From Planctomycetota bacterium (GTDB lineage Bacteria; Planctomycetota; PLA2; JAEUHO01): 64,000 nt of DNA. Below the pieces are notes generated by a model. It saw only the letters and a list, made by a program, of their open reading frames with translations. It did no database searches and had not been told where the DNA came from. A program made the translations under genes and the position numbers. The DNA is taken from contig JBFWRP010000001.1 in the NCBI GenBank assembly GCA_050248855.1, positions 1 through 64,000 of the forward strand, written 5' to 3'. Below are positions 43,124 to 52,178 of the stretch, piece after piece. How positions within the stretch are numbered: the first letter of the stretch is position 1; each line of letters opens with the position of its first letter.

Positions 43124-44419
43124 ATGTCGGGCGACCGTGCGACGTACGAGCAGCAGCTGACGACGCACGGGCAGGAGCACCTCGTCGCCCACGCTCGGAC
43201 GTTGCCGGACGCGGTGGCCCTCGTGTTCCTGGCGGATGCCGCGTCGCGCCCGTGGAACGAGCTGGCGGGTGCGCTCCGCGAGGAGCCTGCCGCGGCGCCT
43301 GCGGTGCTCCGGCCTCCCGCCGGCCTCACCTGGAAGCGCCAGACGGGTGAGGGCGGGCTGCGCGCGCGGCTCGCGCGCACGGGTCTCGGCCTCCTGGCGG
43401 GTGGGCGCGTCGGTGCGGTCCTCCTGGCCGGTGGCGAGGGCAGCCGGCTCGGGGTCTCCGGCCCGAAGGGCGACGTCGTGTTCGGGCCCGGCGAGGACCG
43501 GACCCTCTACCGCATCCACGCCGAGCGCGTGGCGCATGTCGGCCAGGTCGTGGGGCGCGCCGTACCCCTCGTCGTCCTCACGAGCGCCGGCACCCACGAG
43601 GCCACGTGCGCGCGCTTCCTGACCGGCGACCGCCTGGGCCTTCACGAGGGCCAGGTCACGGTGGTCCAGCAGGGGCAGCTTCCCGTCGTGGACGAGGACG
43701 GCCGCGCCCTGCTGGCCGGGCCGGGCAGCTTGCTCCTGGCCCCCGATGGGCACGGCGGGCTCTGGCCCGCGCTCGTGGCCGACGGCGTGCTCGATCGCTG
43801 GGCCGAGGCCGGGGTCGACGTCGTCGTCACGTTCCAGGTGGACAACCCGTTGGCCCGCGCGTTGGATCCCGTCCTGCTCGGCTGGATGGTGGAGCGCAAG
43901 GCCACGATCGTGACGAAGGCCGTGGCCAAGGCGTCGCCCGACGAGCGCGTGGGCGTCTACGCGCGCGACCTCGAGGGGCGCACGCGGATCGTCGAGTACA
44001 GCGAGCTGCCGCCCGACGGCGCGCCGGACTTGAAGCTGGGCAGCATCGCGCTCCACGCCTTCTCGCTGGCCTGGCTGCGTTCGACGCTGCCGACGTGGCG
44101 CGGCCCGCTGCACCGGGCGCACAAGAAGGCGGCTGCGTGGACGCCCGCCGGCGTCGTGCAGCCGGACGCGCCCAACGCGTACAAGCTCGAGCGCTTCCTG
44201 TTCGACGTCTTCCCCTCGGCGCCGCGCGTCGAAGTGCACGAAGTCGCCCGCGAACGGGAGTTCGCCCCGATCAAGAACGCGACGGGCGTGGACAGCCTGG
44301 AGTCGTCGCGTTTGCTGGTCGAGCGCGAGGTCCTGCGTTGGCACCACCTCGCCGGAGCGCAGCCACCGCGCCCGGTGCGCCTCGCTCCGCTCGAGCTCGA
44401 CGCGCCGCTCGACGCCTGA
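43124..44419 (+). CDS. UDPGP type-1 family (UAP1-like) UDP-N-acetylglucosamine/UDP-hexose pyrophosphorylase
   Basis: GQEHL, LLAGGEGSRLG...PKG, QQG.LP, APDGHGG, QVDNPL, VEYSEL, KLERFLFDVF and EFAPIKNA.G.DS. Confidence 0.9.
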   Translation: MSGDRATYEQQLTTHGQEHLVAHARTLPDAVALVFLADAASRPWNELAGALREEPAAAPAVLRPPAGLTWKRQTGEGGLRARLARTGLGLLAGGRVGAVLLAGGEGSRLGVSGPKGDVVFGPGEDRTLYRIHAERVAHVGQVVGRAVPLVVLTSAGTHEATCARFLTGDRLGLHEGQVTVVQQGQLPVVDEDGRALLAGPGSLLLAPDGHGGLWPALVADGVLDRWAEAGVDVVVTFQVDNPLARALDPVLLGWMVERKATIVTKAVAKASPDERVGVYARDLEGRTRIVEYSELPPDGAPDLKLGSIALHAFSLAWLRSTLPTWRGPLHRAHKKAAAWTPAGVVQPDAPNAYKLERFLFDVFPSAPRVEVHEVAREREFAPIKNATGVDSLESSRLLVEREVLRWHHLAGAQPPRPVRLAPLELDAPLDA

Positions 44420-44489
44420 TCGTCGCGCTTCGTGTCGCCATCGATCACGTCGTCCTTGACGGAACGCAACGCGGGCGGAGAGTGGGGGC

Positions 44490-45659
44490 ATGGTGGGGCC
44501 CGTGGGATCATCCGGAGGCCGTCGTCGTCGCGCAGGGCGACGCGGCGAGCGTTTGCGCGTGGCCGTCCTGATGGGCGGCCCGAGCAGCGAGCACGACGTG
44601 TCGCTGACCGGCGGCGCGTGCGTGGCGACCGCACTGGCCGCGCTCGAGCCCTACGAGGTCCTGCCCATCGTGATCGACCGCGGCGGCACCTGGCGGGTGC
44701 CGCGGCGCCATGCCGTGAAGGCGCGCGCCGGCGCGGGAGCGCGCACGTCGTCGTCCGCCCGCAGCGGCGTCGTGGCGGATGCCGAGCCGACCATCGACCC
44801 GCGGGACCCCGAGGCCTGGAAGGCGATCGGCGGCTTGCCCGAGGGCCTGGCGCACTTGCGGGACTGGCCGGCCGACGTGGTCATGCCGGTCTTGCACGGC
44901 CGCTTCGGGGAGGACGGGACGCTCCAGGCCTGCCTCTCGGCCGTGGGCCTGCCGTTCGTCGGGAGCGACGCGCGAGGCAGCATGTTGGCGTTCGACAAGG
45001 TGCGTGCCAAGGAGGTCTACCTCCAGCACGGCCTCCCCACGCCCGCCTACGAGGTCGTCCGGGCCGACGAGCTGCCGGGCCACGGCCCCGCACACGTGCG
45101 GCGCTGGGAAGAGCGCTTCGGGTTCCCCCTGATCCTGAAGGATCCCCTCGGCGGCTCGAGCCTCGAGGTGCGCAAGGTGGGCGACGACGGCGAGGCGCTG
45201 TCCGCCGCGCAGGAGCTCGTCGCCGCCGGTGCCGACCGGCTCCTCGTCGAGGCGTTCGTGGCGGGGCGCGAGCTCACGGTGGGCGTGCTCGAGGACCGCG
45301 ACGGTCCCCACGCGCTGCCGGTCGTCGAGATCCGGCCTCGCGGGCGGGCCTTCTTCGACTTCCAGCAGAAGTACGCCGACGACGGCGCCGAGGAGATCTG
45401 CCCCGCGCCCCTGGAGCCGGAGATCGCCGAACGCGCCGCCAACCTCGGCGTGGCGGCGCACAGGGCGCTGGGCCTGGACGCGCTGTCGCGGACGGACCTC
45501 ATCCTCGACGGCGCGGGCCACCTCCACATCCTGGAGACGAACACGCTTCCAGGCATGACCTCCCGGGGCTTGGTGCCGCTCGCGGCACGCACCGCGGGCA
45601 TCGACTTCACGCGGCTCGTCGAGCGCCTGGTCCGGCAGGCCCGTCGCGCCGCTCCCTGA
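44490..45659 (+). CDS. ddl: D-alanine--D-alanine ligase
   Basis: VAVLMGGPSSEHDVSL, LHGRFGEDG.LQ, DK, GSS, GRELTVG, FDF..KY, R.D and LE.NTLPGMT; start uncertain. Confidence 0.92.
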   Translation: MVGPVGSSGGRRRRAGRRGERLRVAVLMGGPSSEHDVSLTGGACVATALAALEPYEVLPIVIDRGGTWRVPRRHAVKARAGAGARTSSSARSGVVADAEPTIDPRDPEAWKAIGGLPEGLAHLRDWPADVVMPVLHGRFGEDGTLQACLSAVGLPFVGSDARGSMLAFDKVRAKEVYLQHGLPTPAYEVVRADELPGHGPAHVRRWEERFGFPLILKDPLGGSSLEVRKVGDDGEALSAAQELVAAGADRLLVEAFVAGRELTVGVLEDRDGPHALPVVEIRPRGRAFFDFQQKYADDGAEEICPAPLEPEIAERAANLGVAAHRALGLDALSRTDLILDGAGHLHILETNTLPGMTSRGLVPLAARTAGIDFTRLVERLVRQARRAAP

Positions 45660-45750
45660 TCCACCCCGTCGATCGGGCGATCCGGGGGGCCGGCCGCCGA
45701 AGCTCCGTCGGGGGCCGTGGTGCGGTCATGATGGGGGACGGAGGCCTGCC

Positions 45751-46176
45751 ATGTCCCCGCGTCTCAAGTCCCTGGAGCCCATGCCGACGAAGGTCGTCCC
45801 CAAGGCGTGGGGCGAGGAACACTGGATCGTCAACCGCGAGTACTGCGGGAAGAAGATGATCCTCAAGCGTGGCTACCGCTGCTCGCTGCACTTCCACAAG
45901 GACAAGGACGAGGTCTTCTACGTCGTCAGCGGGCGCATCCTCCTGGAGCTGGGCGACGGCGCCCGCGTGATGGGTCCCGGAGACCACCACCACATCCCCG
46001 TCGGTGTGGAGCACCGCTTCTGGGGCATCGAGGACGCCGAGATCATGGAGTTCTCCACGCACCACCGCGACGAGGACTCCTACCGCGTACCCGGTCACGA
46101 GAGCGGGGCCTTCGCGCCGGCCGAGCTGGACGAGCGTCTCCGGGCGCTGGCCCAGGACCGAGAGGCCGAGCAGTAA
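45751..46176 (+). CDS. Cupin-domain protein (sugar-phosphate isomerase-like)
   Basis: VPK.WG.E.WIVN.EYCGK, SLHFHK.KDE.FYV..G, I..G..HRF and EFST.H.D.DSYR. Confidence 0.85.
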   Translation: MSPRLKSLEPMPTKVVPKAWGEEHWIVNREYCGKKMILKRGYRCSLHFHKDKDEVFYVVSGRILLELGDGARVMGPGDHHHIPVGVEHRFWGIEDAEIMEFSTHHRDEDSYRVPGHESGAFAPAELDERLRALAQDREAEQ

Positions 46177-46425
46177 CGCGGGCCGATCCTCTCGGAGGCC
46201 CTTTGGCGCGGCCTTCCAAGGCAGTCCGACGCTGGAGGCTGGAGTTCCTCCCGGGTTCTGACCCGTCGACCCGATGGGCGAGCTGGGGCACGCAGCGGGC
46301 GGCTGCGTCACGGCGGCCCGGGACGCGTTCGGAAGGAGGGGCGTGCCCCGGGAAAGGTCGTAGGCTGACCTGCGTTCCCTCCGCGGGCCAGGGGGGTGGG
46401 GTCCATCTCGGCGCCTGGAGAACCG

Positions 46426-48483
46426 ATGTCCGCCCTCACGCGCCTTGCCACGCTCCTCGCCGCCCTGGCGGGTGTAGGCGTGATCGTCTGGCTCGTCCTG
46501 CGGGGCACGCCGACGCTTCCGGAGATCCCCTCCGCGCCGCCGCCGTCCGAGATCGTCGTGCAGGACGAGCCCGACCTGCTGCCGGGCCGTCTGCCCACAC
46601 CCCGACAAGGGGGTGTCGTGTCGGGTCGCGTGATGGGGGAGGGCGCGCCCGTACCCGGCGCCCGCGTGTTGCTCGTCCGCTACAACGCGGGCGATCCTGC
46701 CGCCGTGCGGCGCTACCGCGAGCAGCTCGAGCGCGATGGGGTGCCGGATCCGACGTTGATCCCCACCGTGGGCGAGCACCTGCTCGCCGGGGAGACCCGC
46801 GCCGATCCCGAGGGGCGCTTTGCGATCTCCGCAGGTGGTGACGCCTACATCTCGCACATCGTCGCCTTCCACCCGGGCTGGTTCCCCGAGGTCGTGGACT
46901 TGCGGTTGATGCCGCGCGACGAGCGTGGCGACGTGCCGATGTTCGACGTCAACCTGGATCGGGCAGGCCGCCTGATCGGACACGTCGTGGACGGCGAGAC
47001 GCGCGAGCCCGTGCGCGGCGCCCGCGTGACCCTCTACCTCCAGCAGATCGCCCGCCCGGTCGCGGCCCCGGGTGAGGACGAGGTCGCCAGCGTGCGCGTC
47101 GGCTCCGAAGGCCCCGCCGTGCCGCGTTCGGCGATGGCCACGCTCGGCCGCTTCCTGCCGAAGATCCTCGGCGAGCGCGTCTGGGGCATTCCCGACACGG
47201 GGAGCGAAGGCCTCGAGCTGCTGACCAATGCGGACGGCAGGTTTGAGCTCGGCCCCTTGGGCCCCGATGTGCAGGTCGAGATCGTCGTCACGCACCCCGA
47301 GTACCAGTGGCTCGACCTGGACAACCCCGACGGCAAGACGCAGCCGGTGCGCACCGTCGTCCGACCCGGCGAGACCGTCGAGCGCGAGCTGCCTCTCAAG
47401 CGCGGCGGCGAGGTGGCCGGTCGCGTGATCGACAACGTGACGGGCAAGGGCATCCCCGGCGCGCTGATCGAGGTCGAGAGCATCTCCGCGTACTTCCGAC
47501 ATTGGTGGTACCGCCACAAGGCGCGCCGCGCCGTGACCGATGACGAGGGGCGCTTCCGCGTGGCGGGCCTGGCGATCGGCTCGCAGTCCGTCACGGCATC
47601 GCACGCCTCGTTCGGCCGCAAGCAGCTGCCCTCCGTGGAGCCCGGGGAGAAGAACCTCGTCATCGGTGTCGATCCGTTGGCGGGCCTGCGCGGCACGGTG
47701 ATCGGCGCAGGCGACCGTCCCCCCGGTGGGCGCGTGCAGCTGCACATGCAGCGCGTGGCCGAGGACGGCGGCACGTCGTCCTCGCGGGAACAGACGGCCG
47801 TCCTCGGCGCCGACAGCCGGTTCCTCGTCTCGCAGCTGGAGGCCGGGACCGTCAGGGTCTGGCTGCAGTTCGGTCGCCTGGCCTCGCTGCCCCAGACCGT
47901 CGAGCTCGAGCCGCACGGCGTGACGGACGTCGACTTCCGCCTGGGCGGTGGGGGCACCGTGGAGGCCGACGTGCGCGAAACGAGCGGTCGCATCGTCGAC
48001 CCGGCCACGCTGCGCCTCATCGCGGCCGACGACGCGACGAGCTCGACGCTCGGCACGTTCGTCACCCGCGAAGGGCGGTTGGACGCCGAGGGGGTCATGC
48101 CCGGGTCCTACCGCTTCGCGGTCGAGGCACCGGGGTTCGTGCGCGTCCTGAGCGAGCCGTTCGACGTGCAGGAGGACGAGGTCACGCGCGTGGAGCTGCC
48201 GCGCCTCGTGCGCCTCGGCGAGCTCATCGTCGGTCCCGTGCTCGATGGCGGCGGCCGGCCCTACGCCGGGCGCGACGGCCCGGTCATCGTCGAGGTGCGC
48301 GTCGGCGGCGAGGAGGCTGGCTGGACGCGGTTCATCGGCACGCTCGGGGCGCCGCGCGTGGTCCAGCCCGGGCCCGTGGCGGTCCGGGCCCGCGTCGAGG
48401 GCTCGGAGCTGGTCGCGGAGAACCAGGGCGTGGTGGCCAGCGGCGGCAGCCTGCGCCTCGAGTTGCGCCTGCGCGCCCCGTAG
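46426..48483 (+). CDS. Membrane-anchored protein with multiple carboxypeptidase-regulatory-like (Ig/transthyretin-like) domains
   Basis: N-terminal TM; repeated G.V....G.PV.GA.V and T..DGRF.....L..G motifs. Confidence 0.82.
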   Translation: MSALTRLATLLAALAGVGVIVWLVLRGTPTLPEIPSAPPPSEIVVQDEPDLLPGRLPTPRQGGVVSGRVMGEGAPVPGARVLLVRYNAGDPAAVRRYREQLERDGVPDPTLIPTVGEHLLAGETRADPEGRFAISAGGDAYISHIVAFHPGWFPEVVDLRLMPRDERGDVPMFDVNLDRAGRLIGHVVDGETREPVRGARVTLYLQQIARPVAAPGEDEVASVRVGSEGPAVPRSAMATLGRFLPKILGERVWGIPDTGSEGLELLTNADGRFELGPLGPDVQVEIVVTHPEYQWLDLDNPDGKTQPVRTVVRPGETVERELPLKRGGEVAGRVIDNVTGKGIPGALIEVESISAYFRHWWYRHKARRAVTDDEGRFRVAGLAIGSQSVTASHASFGRKQLPSVEPGEKNLVIGVDPLAGLRGTVIGAGDRPPGGRVQLHMQRVAEDGGTSSSREQTAVLGADSRFLVSQLEAGTVRVWLQFGRLASLPQTVELEPHGVTDVDFRLGGGGTVEADVRETSGRIVDPATLRLIAADDATSSTLGTFVTREGRLDAEGVMPGSYRFAVEAPGFVRVLSEPFDVQEDEVTRVELPRLVRLGELIVGPVLDGGGRPYAGRDGPVIVEVRVGGEEAGWTRFIGTLGAPRVVQPGPVAVRARVEGSELVAENQGVVASGGSLRLELRLRAP

Positions 48484-48716
48484 CCGTCGACACCGGCGCG
48501 GCACGTCCTGACGGCCACGGCCCGCGGTCGCCAGACGCTGCCTCCGGCACTGGGCCCGCGGGGGGCGTCCGGTGGTGGGTGCCAGCGGGATCGCGGCCAT
48601 GGCGCTGCGATCGGGATCTCCGGGTCGCCGCGGCGGAGGGCCGGGCATCGGGCGAGCCGGGCGCCGGACCCGGTTCTGGGTAGGTCGCCACGCCGGCCGT
48701 CCCTACCCTTCTGCGG

Positions 48717-49043
48717 ATGAGTGCTCCCACGCCCCCGGACCCCGCCGGGTCCCCCTCGGAGAAGGCGAGCGACGCGTCGATGGACCGTCGCGTCCGCGTG
48801 GACCGCCGAGGCGGGGAGCGGCGGCGAACGGACGTGCCCGTCCCCGTCGAGCGACGCAGCGGCAAGGACCGCCGCGTCGCGGAGCGCCGCAAGCGCAGCA
48901 TCAACCAGTACGACCTCGAAGCCGAGACCCTGGAGTTCATCCGGGCCATCAACGGCTTCAAGGAGCGGACCGGCCGGGCGTTCCCCACGTGGAGCGAAGT
49001 GCTGAAGATCCTGCGGGATCTCGGCTACGAGAAGCAGACCTGA
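48717..49043 (+). CDS. Small conserved hypothetical protein with DRR/ERR repeats and EF..A...K...GR.FPTWSEVL.....LGY motif
   Basis: DRRVRVDRRGGERRR...ERRSGKDRR..ERRK; the C-terminal motif resembles a family I recall from planctomycetes (not searched). Confidence 0.8.
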   Translation: MSAPTPPDPAGSPSEKASDASMDRRVRVDRRGGERRRTDVPVPVERRSGKDRRVAERRKRSINQYDLEAETLEFIRAINGFKERTGRAFPTWSEVLKILRDLGYEKQT

Positions 49044-49116
49044 GCAGCCGCACGACGCCAGGACCCGAGGCGCGCCGTGCGTTCGGGTCGCGTCCTGCGC
49101 TCGGCGAGGAGGGACC

Positions 49117-50625
49117 ATGAAGGTCGAGGCATCGAGTGCAACCCTGGGTCGCGTCCGTGACGCCTGCGTGGTCCTCGTGGCCACCCAGGGCGAGGCGCTG
49201 GCCCCACGCGTCGGCTCCCTTGGCCCGGGCCTCAAGGCCTCCGTGGCGCGGTTGGTCGAACGCGGCGGCTTTGGCGGCAAGGGCGGCGAGGTGCGCTTGG
49301 TGCCCGCCGGTGCGCGCGACCACGTCGACCTGCTCGTGCTCGCCGGCGTCGGGCCCGCCAAGGGCGTGACGGCCGCCGCGCTCGCCGACGTCCTCGCCGA
49401 TGCGCTCAAGACGGCGCGCAGCGCGGGCGCGCCGTCGGCAACGGTGTCGCTGCCCGCAGGCCGCGTGGGCAAGCTCGGGGCGGCCGAGCAAGGCCGCGTC
49501 GTCGCGGAAGCCGCGTGGCTCGGGCTCTACCGCTTCGAGGCCTACAAGGAGAAGCCCAGCGAGCAGGTGCTCGACACCGTGACGGTCCTGGCGCCGCGCG
49601 GGGGCGCGACGGCGATGGCCAAAGGCGTGACCGTCGGGTCGATCCACGGCGAAGCGACGGCCTTCGCGCGCGATCTGGGCAACCACCCGGGCAACGTCGC
49701 GACGCCGACGTGGCTCGCCGAGCGCGCGCGCGAGCTGGCCGCCGCCGAGCCGACCCTCGAGCTCCGGGTCCACGACGAAGACGACATGCGCGCGATGGGC
49801 ATGGGGGCGTTGCTCGGCGTCAGCCAGGGCAGCCGCGAGCCCGCGCGCCTGATCGAGCTCACGTACACGCCCGCGGGCGTGCGGGGGCGCGTGCCGACGG
49901 TCTGCCTCGTGGGGAAGGGCCTCACGTTCGACGCCGGCGGCATCTCGATCAAGCCCGCCGCCAAGATGGAGGACATGAAGTTCGACATGTGCGGTGGGGC
50001 CGCCGTGCTCGGTGCGATGAAGGCGATCGCCCGGCGTGCGCCGCGCATCCGCGTCGTCGGGCTCGTCCCCGCCTCCGAGAACCTCGTGGACGGCGCCTCG
50101 TACAAGCCGGGCGACATCCTGCGCGCCATGGACGGCACCACGATCGAGATCCGCAACACGGACGCCGAGGGGCGCCTGCTCCTCGCCGACGCGCTGGGCT
50201 ACGCCACGCGCAAGCTCAAGCCCAAGCCGTCGGCCGTCATCGACCTGGCGACCCTCACCGGAGCGTGCGTCGTCGCCCTTGGCGACCACCACGCGGCGCT
50301 CGTGAGCAACGACGAGAAGCTGGCCGGGCGCCTGCTCGACGCCTCGGAGAGCAGCGGCGACGTGCTCTGGCGGATGCCCCTGGTCCCGGGCCACACCAAG
50401 CAGCTGGCCAGCCCCTACGCGGACCTGAGCAACCTCGGGTCGCCCGGCGCGGGCACGCTGACCGCTGCGGCCTTCCTGTCGCATTTCGCGCACAAGGTGC
50501 CGTGGGCCCACCTCGACATCGCCGGGATGGCGTGGACCGAGAAGGCGGCGGGGGTGTACTCCAAGGGAGGCACCGGGTTTGGTGTCCGCGTGCTGAGCGA
50601 CCTCGTCGCCGACTGGCGCGCCTGA
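49117..50625 (+). CDS. pepA: Leucyl aminopeptidase (M17)
   Basis: VGKGLTFDAGG.SIK, MKFDMCG, NTDAEGRL.LADAL, IDLATLTGA and WAHLDIAG. Confidence 0.96.
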   Translation: MKVEASSATLGRVRDACVVLVATQGEALAPRVGSLGPGLKASVARLVERGGFGGKGGEVRLVPAGARDHVDLLVLAGVGPAKGVTAAALADVLADALKTARSAGAPSATVSLPAGRVGKLGAAEQGRVVAEAAWLGLYRFEAYKEKPSEQVLDTVTVLAPRGGATAMAKGVTVGSIHGEATAFARDLGNHPGNVATPTWLAERARELAAAEPTLELRVHDEDDMRAMGMGALLGVSQGSREPARLIELTYTPAGVRGRVPTVCLVGKGLTFDAGGISIKPAAKMEDMKFDMCGGAAVLGAMKAIARRAPRIRVVGLVPASENLVDGASYKPGDILRAMDGTTIEIRNTDAEGRLLLADALGYATRKLKPKPSAVIDLATLTGACVVALGDHHAALVSNDEKLAGRLLDASESSGDVLWRMPLVPGHTKQLASPYADLSNLGSPGAGTLTAAAFLSHFAHKVPWAHLDIAGMAWTEKAAGVYSKGGTGFGVRVLSDLVADWRA

Positions 50626-50710
50626 ACCGAGCGGAACTCCCAACACCTTGTCGGACAACGACTTGGAGTCGAGGGGCCGCCGTGGGCCCCCGCGGTTAGA
50701 CTCCACGGCC

Positions 50711-52168
50711 ATGAACGGCGACGGGGCCCGGAAGACGGCTCCGGACGGGGCGACCGCCGCCGTCCACGCCACCGCCGCCGCTTCGGGTCAGCCGGTCGAC
50801 CCGGGGCGCGGCCGCGACGACGGGAAGCCGGACGGGGCCGGCACCCCGAGCGCCGGCACCCCGAGCAGCGGCGCCTCCAGCAAGAGCGCCTCGGCCTCCA
50901 GGAACGGCGCCGCGGACGCCGGCAGCCAGGGCGTCGGCATCCCTCCGGGCGGTAGCGGCACCCCTCCGGGAGGTAGCGGCGCCCCGGGTGGCGGTTCGCA
51001 TGGCAACGGGACCCCGGGCGGCCAGCACGAAGCCGGCGGCGACCCGCCCGTCGCGCCGGGCGTCCGCAACCTGCGTCGCCTGCTCGAGGTGGCGCGCGGC
51101 GCCCGGCGCCCGCTCATCCACCTGCAGCACAACCCTGACCCGGATGCCCTGGCCAGCGCGGAGGCCCTGCGCTACCTGCTCCATCGGCTGCTCGGCGTCG
51201 ACAGCGTCCTGGCCTACACCGGCCGTGTCTCACGCGCCGAGAACCGGGCCATGCTGCGGCACCTGCAGATCCGCATCCGCCCGAGCTTCCACGTGCGCTA
51301 CGCCGACCACGACCTGCTCCTGGTCGTCGACACGCACCCCGGGTCGGGGACGTGCAAGATCCCCGGCGATCGCGTCCCCGATGTCGTCGTGGACCACCAC
51401 CCGTCGCGCGGCGACTTGAGCAACGTGCGGTTCCTCTACTTCGACCCACACTTCGGCAGCACGAGCACCATGGTGGGGGCGCTGCTCGTGGAGAACGGCA
51501 TCCCCTTCGATGCGCGCCTCGCGACGGCCCTGACGTACGGCATCCGTACCGACACGATGGATCTCGCACGGAGCGCCGGCGAGCACGACGAACGCATCTA
51601 CCGCGAGGTGTACGGTCGCGCCGACAAGCAGGTCCTGGCGCGCATCGTCGGAGCGCGCGTGCCGCAGGAGTACTTCGTCCAGCTCGAGCGCGCCCTGCGG
51701 CGTGGCGAGGTGACCGACTTCGCCGTCACGACCTGGCTGGGTGCGATCGATCACGGTGACGTCGTCGCGGAGATCGCGGACCTCCTGCTGCGCATGGAGG
51801 GGATCCGCTGGGTGATGGTGGCTGGCCACACGCCCGAGCGCCTCGTCGCGTCGCTGCGCGCCTTCCGTGCCACGGACCCCGCGGCGGGCGACGTGGCCCA
51901 CGAGATCTCCGATGGACACGGTGGGGGGCACGACACCTTTGCCGCCATGCAGCGGCCCCTGCGTCGCGACGAGGACCCGTGGGCGGCGTACGGCGAGCTG
52001 CGCGACCGGTTCCTCGTCGCCGTCCGCGCCAAGAAGACGCTGACGAGGCCCCTGACCCTCCCGCCCGACGTGGTCACGCGCGAGGTGCCCCCGCCTTCAC
52101 CCTCCTCGAAGGGGCGTCGACGGCGGAAGACCGAGGCGCCGCGCGTCGAACCCGACGAGGCCGTGTAG
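50711..52168 (+). CDS. DHH/DHHA1 family phosphoesterase with long Gly/Ser/Pro-rich N-terminal extension
   Basis: H.NPDPDALAS, ENRAM, VVD, VVDHH, STST, YGIRTDT, SLR and GGGH. Confidence 0.88.
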   Translation: MNGDGARKTAPDGATAAVHATAAASGQPVDPGRGRDDGKPDGAGTPSAGTPSSGASSKSASASRNGAADAGSQGVGIPPGGSGTPPGGSGAPGGGSHGNGTPGGQHEAGGDPPVAPGVRNLRRLLEVARGARRPLIHLQHNPDPDALASAEALRYLLHRLLGVDSVLAYTGRVSRAENRAMLRHLQIRIRPSFHVRYADHDLLLVVDTHPGSGTCKIPGDRVPDVVVDHHPSRGDLSNVRFLYFDPHFGSTSTMVGALLVENGIPFDARLATALTYGIRTDTMDLARSAGEHDERIYREVYGRADKQVLARIVGARVPQEYFVQLERALRRGEVTDFAVTTWLGAIDHGDVVAEIADLLLRMEGIRWVMVAGHTPERLVASLRAFRATDPAAGDVAHEISDGHGGGHDTFAAMQRPLRRDEDPWAAYGELRDRFLVAVRAKKTLTRPLTLPPDVVTREVPPPSPSSKGRRRRKTEAPRVEPDEAV

Positions 52169-52178
52169 GACGGACTCC

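Noticed and set aside
44490..45659. Van-type D-Ala-D-Lac ligase (glycopeptide resistance)
   Set aside because: The omega-loop region keeps the KY tyrosine typical of D-Ala-D-Ala ligases, and there are no vanH/vanX/vanRS neighbours.
49117..50625. Functional link between pepA (Xer accessory factor at plasmid cer/psi sites) and the nearby dif-like site
   Set aside because: Chromosomal dif recombination does not need PepA, and 3.5-kb proximity alone is not evidence.
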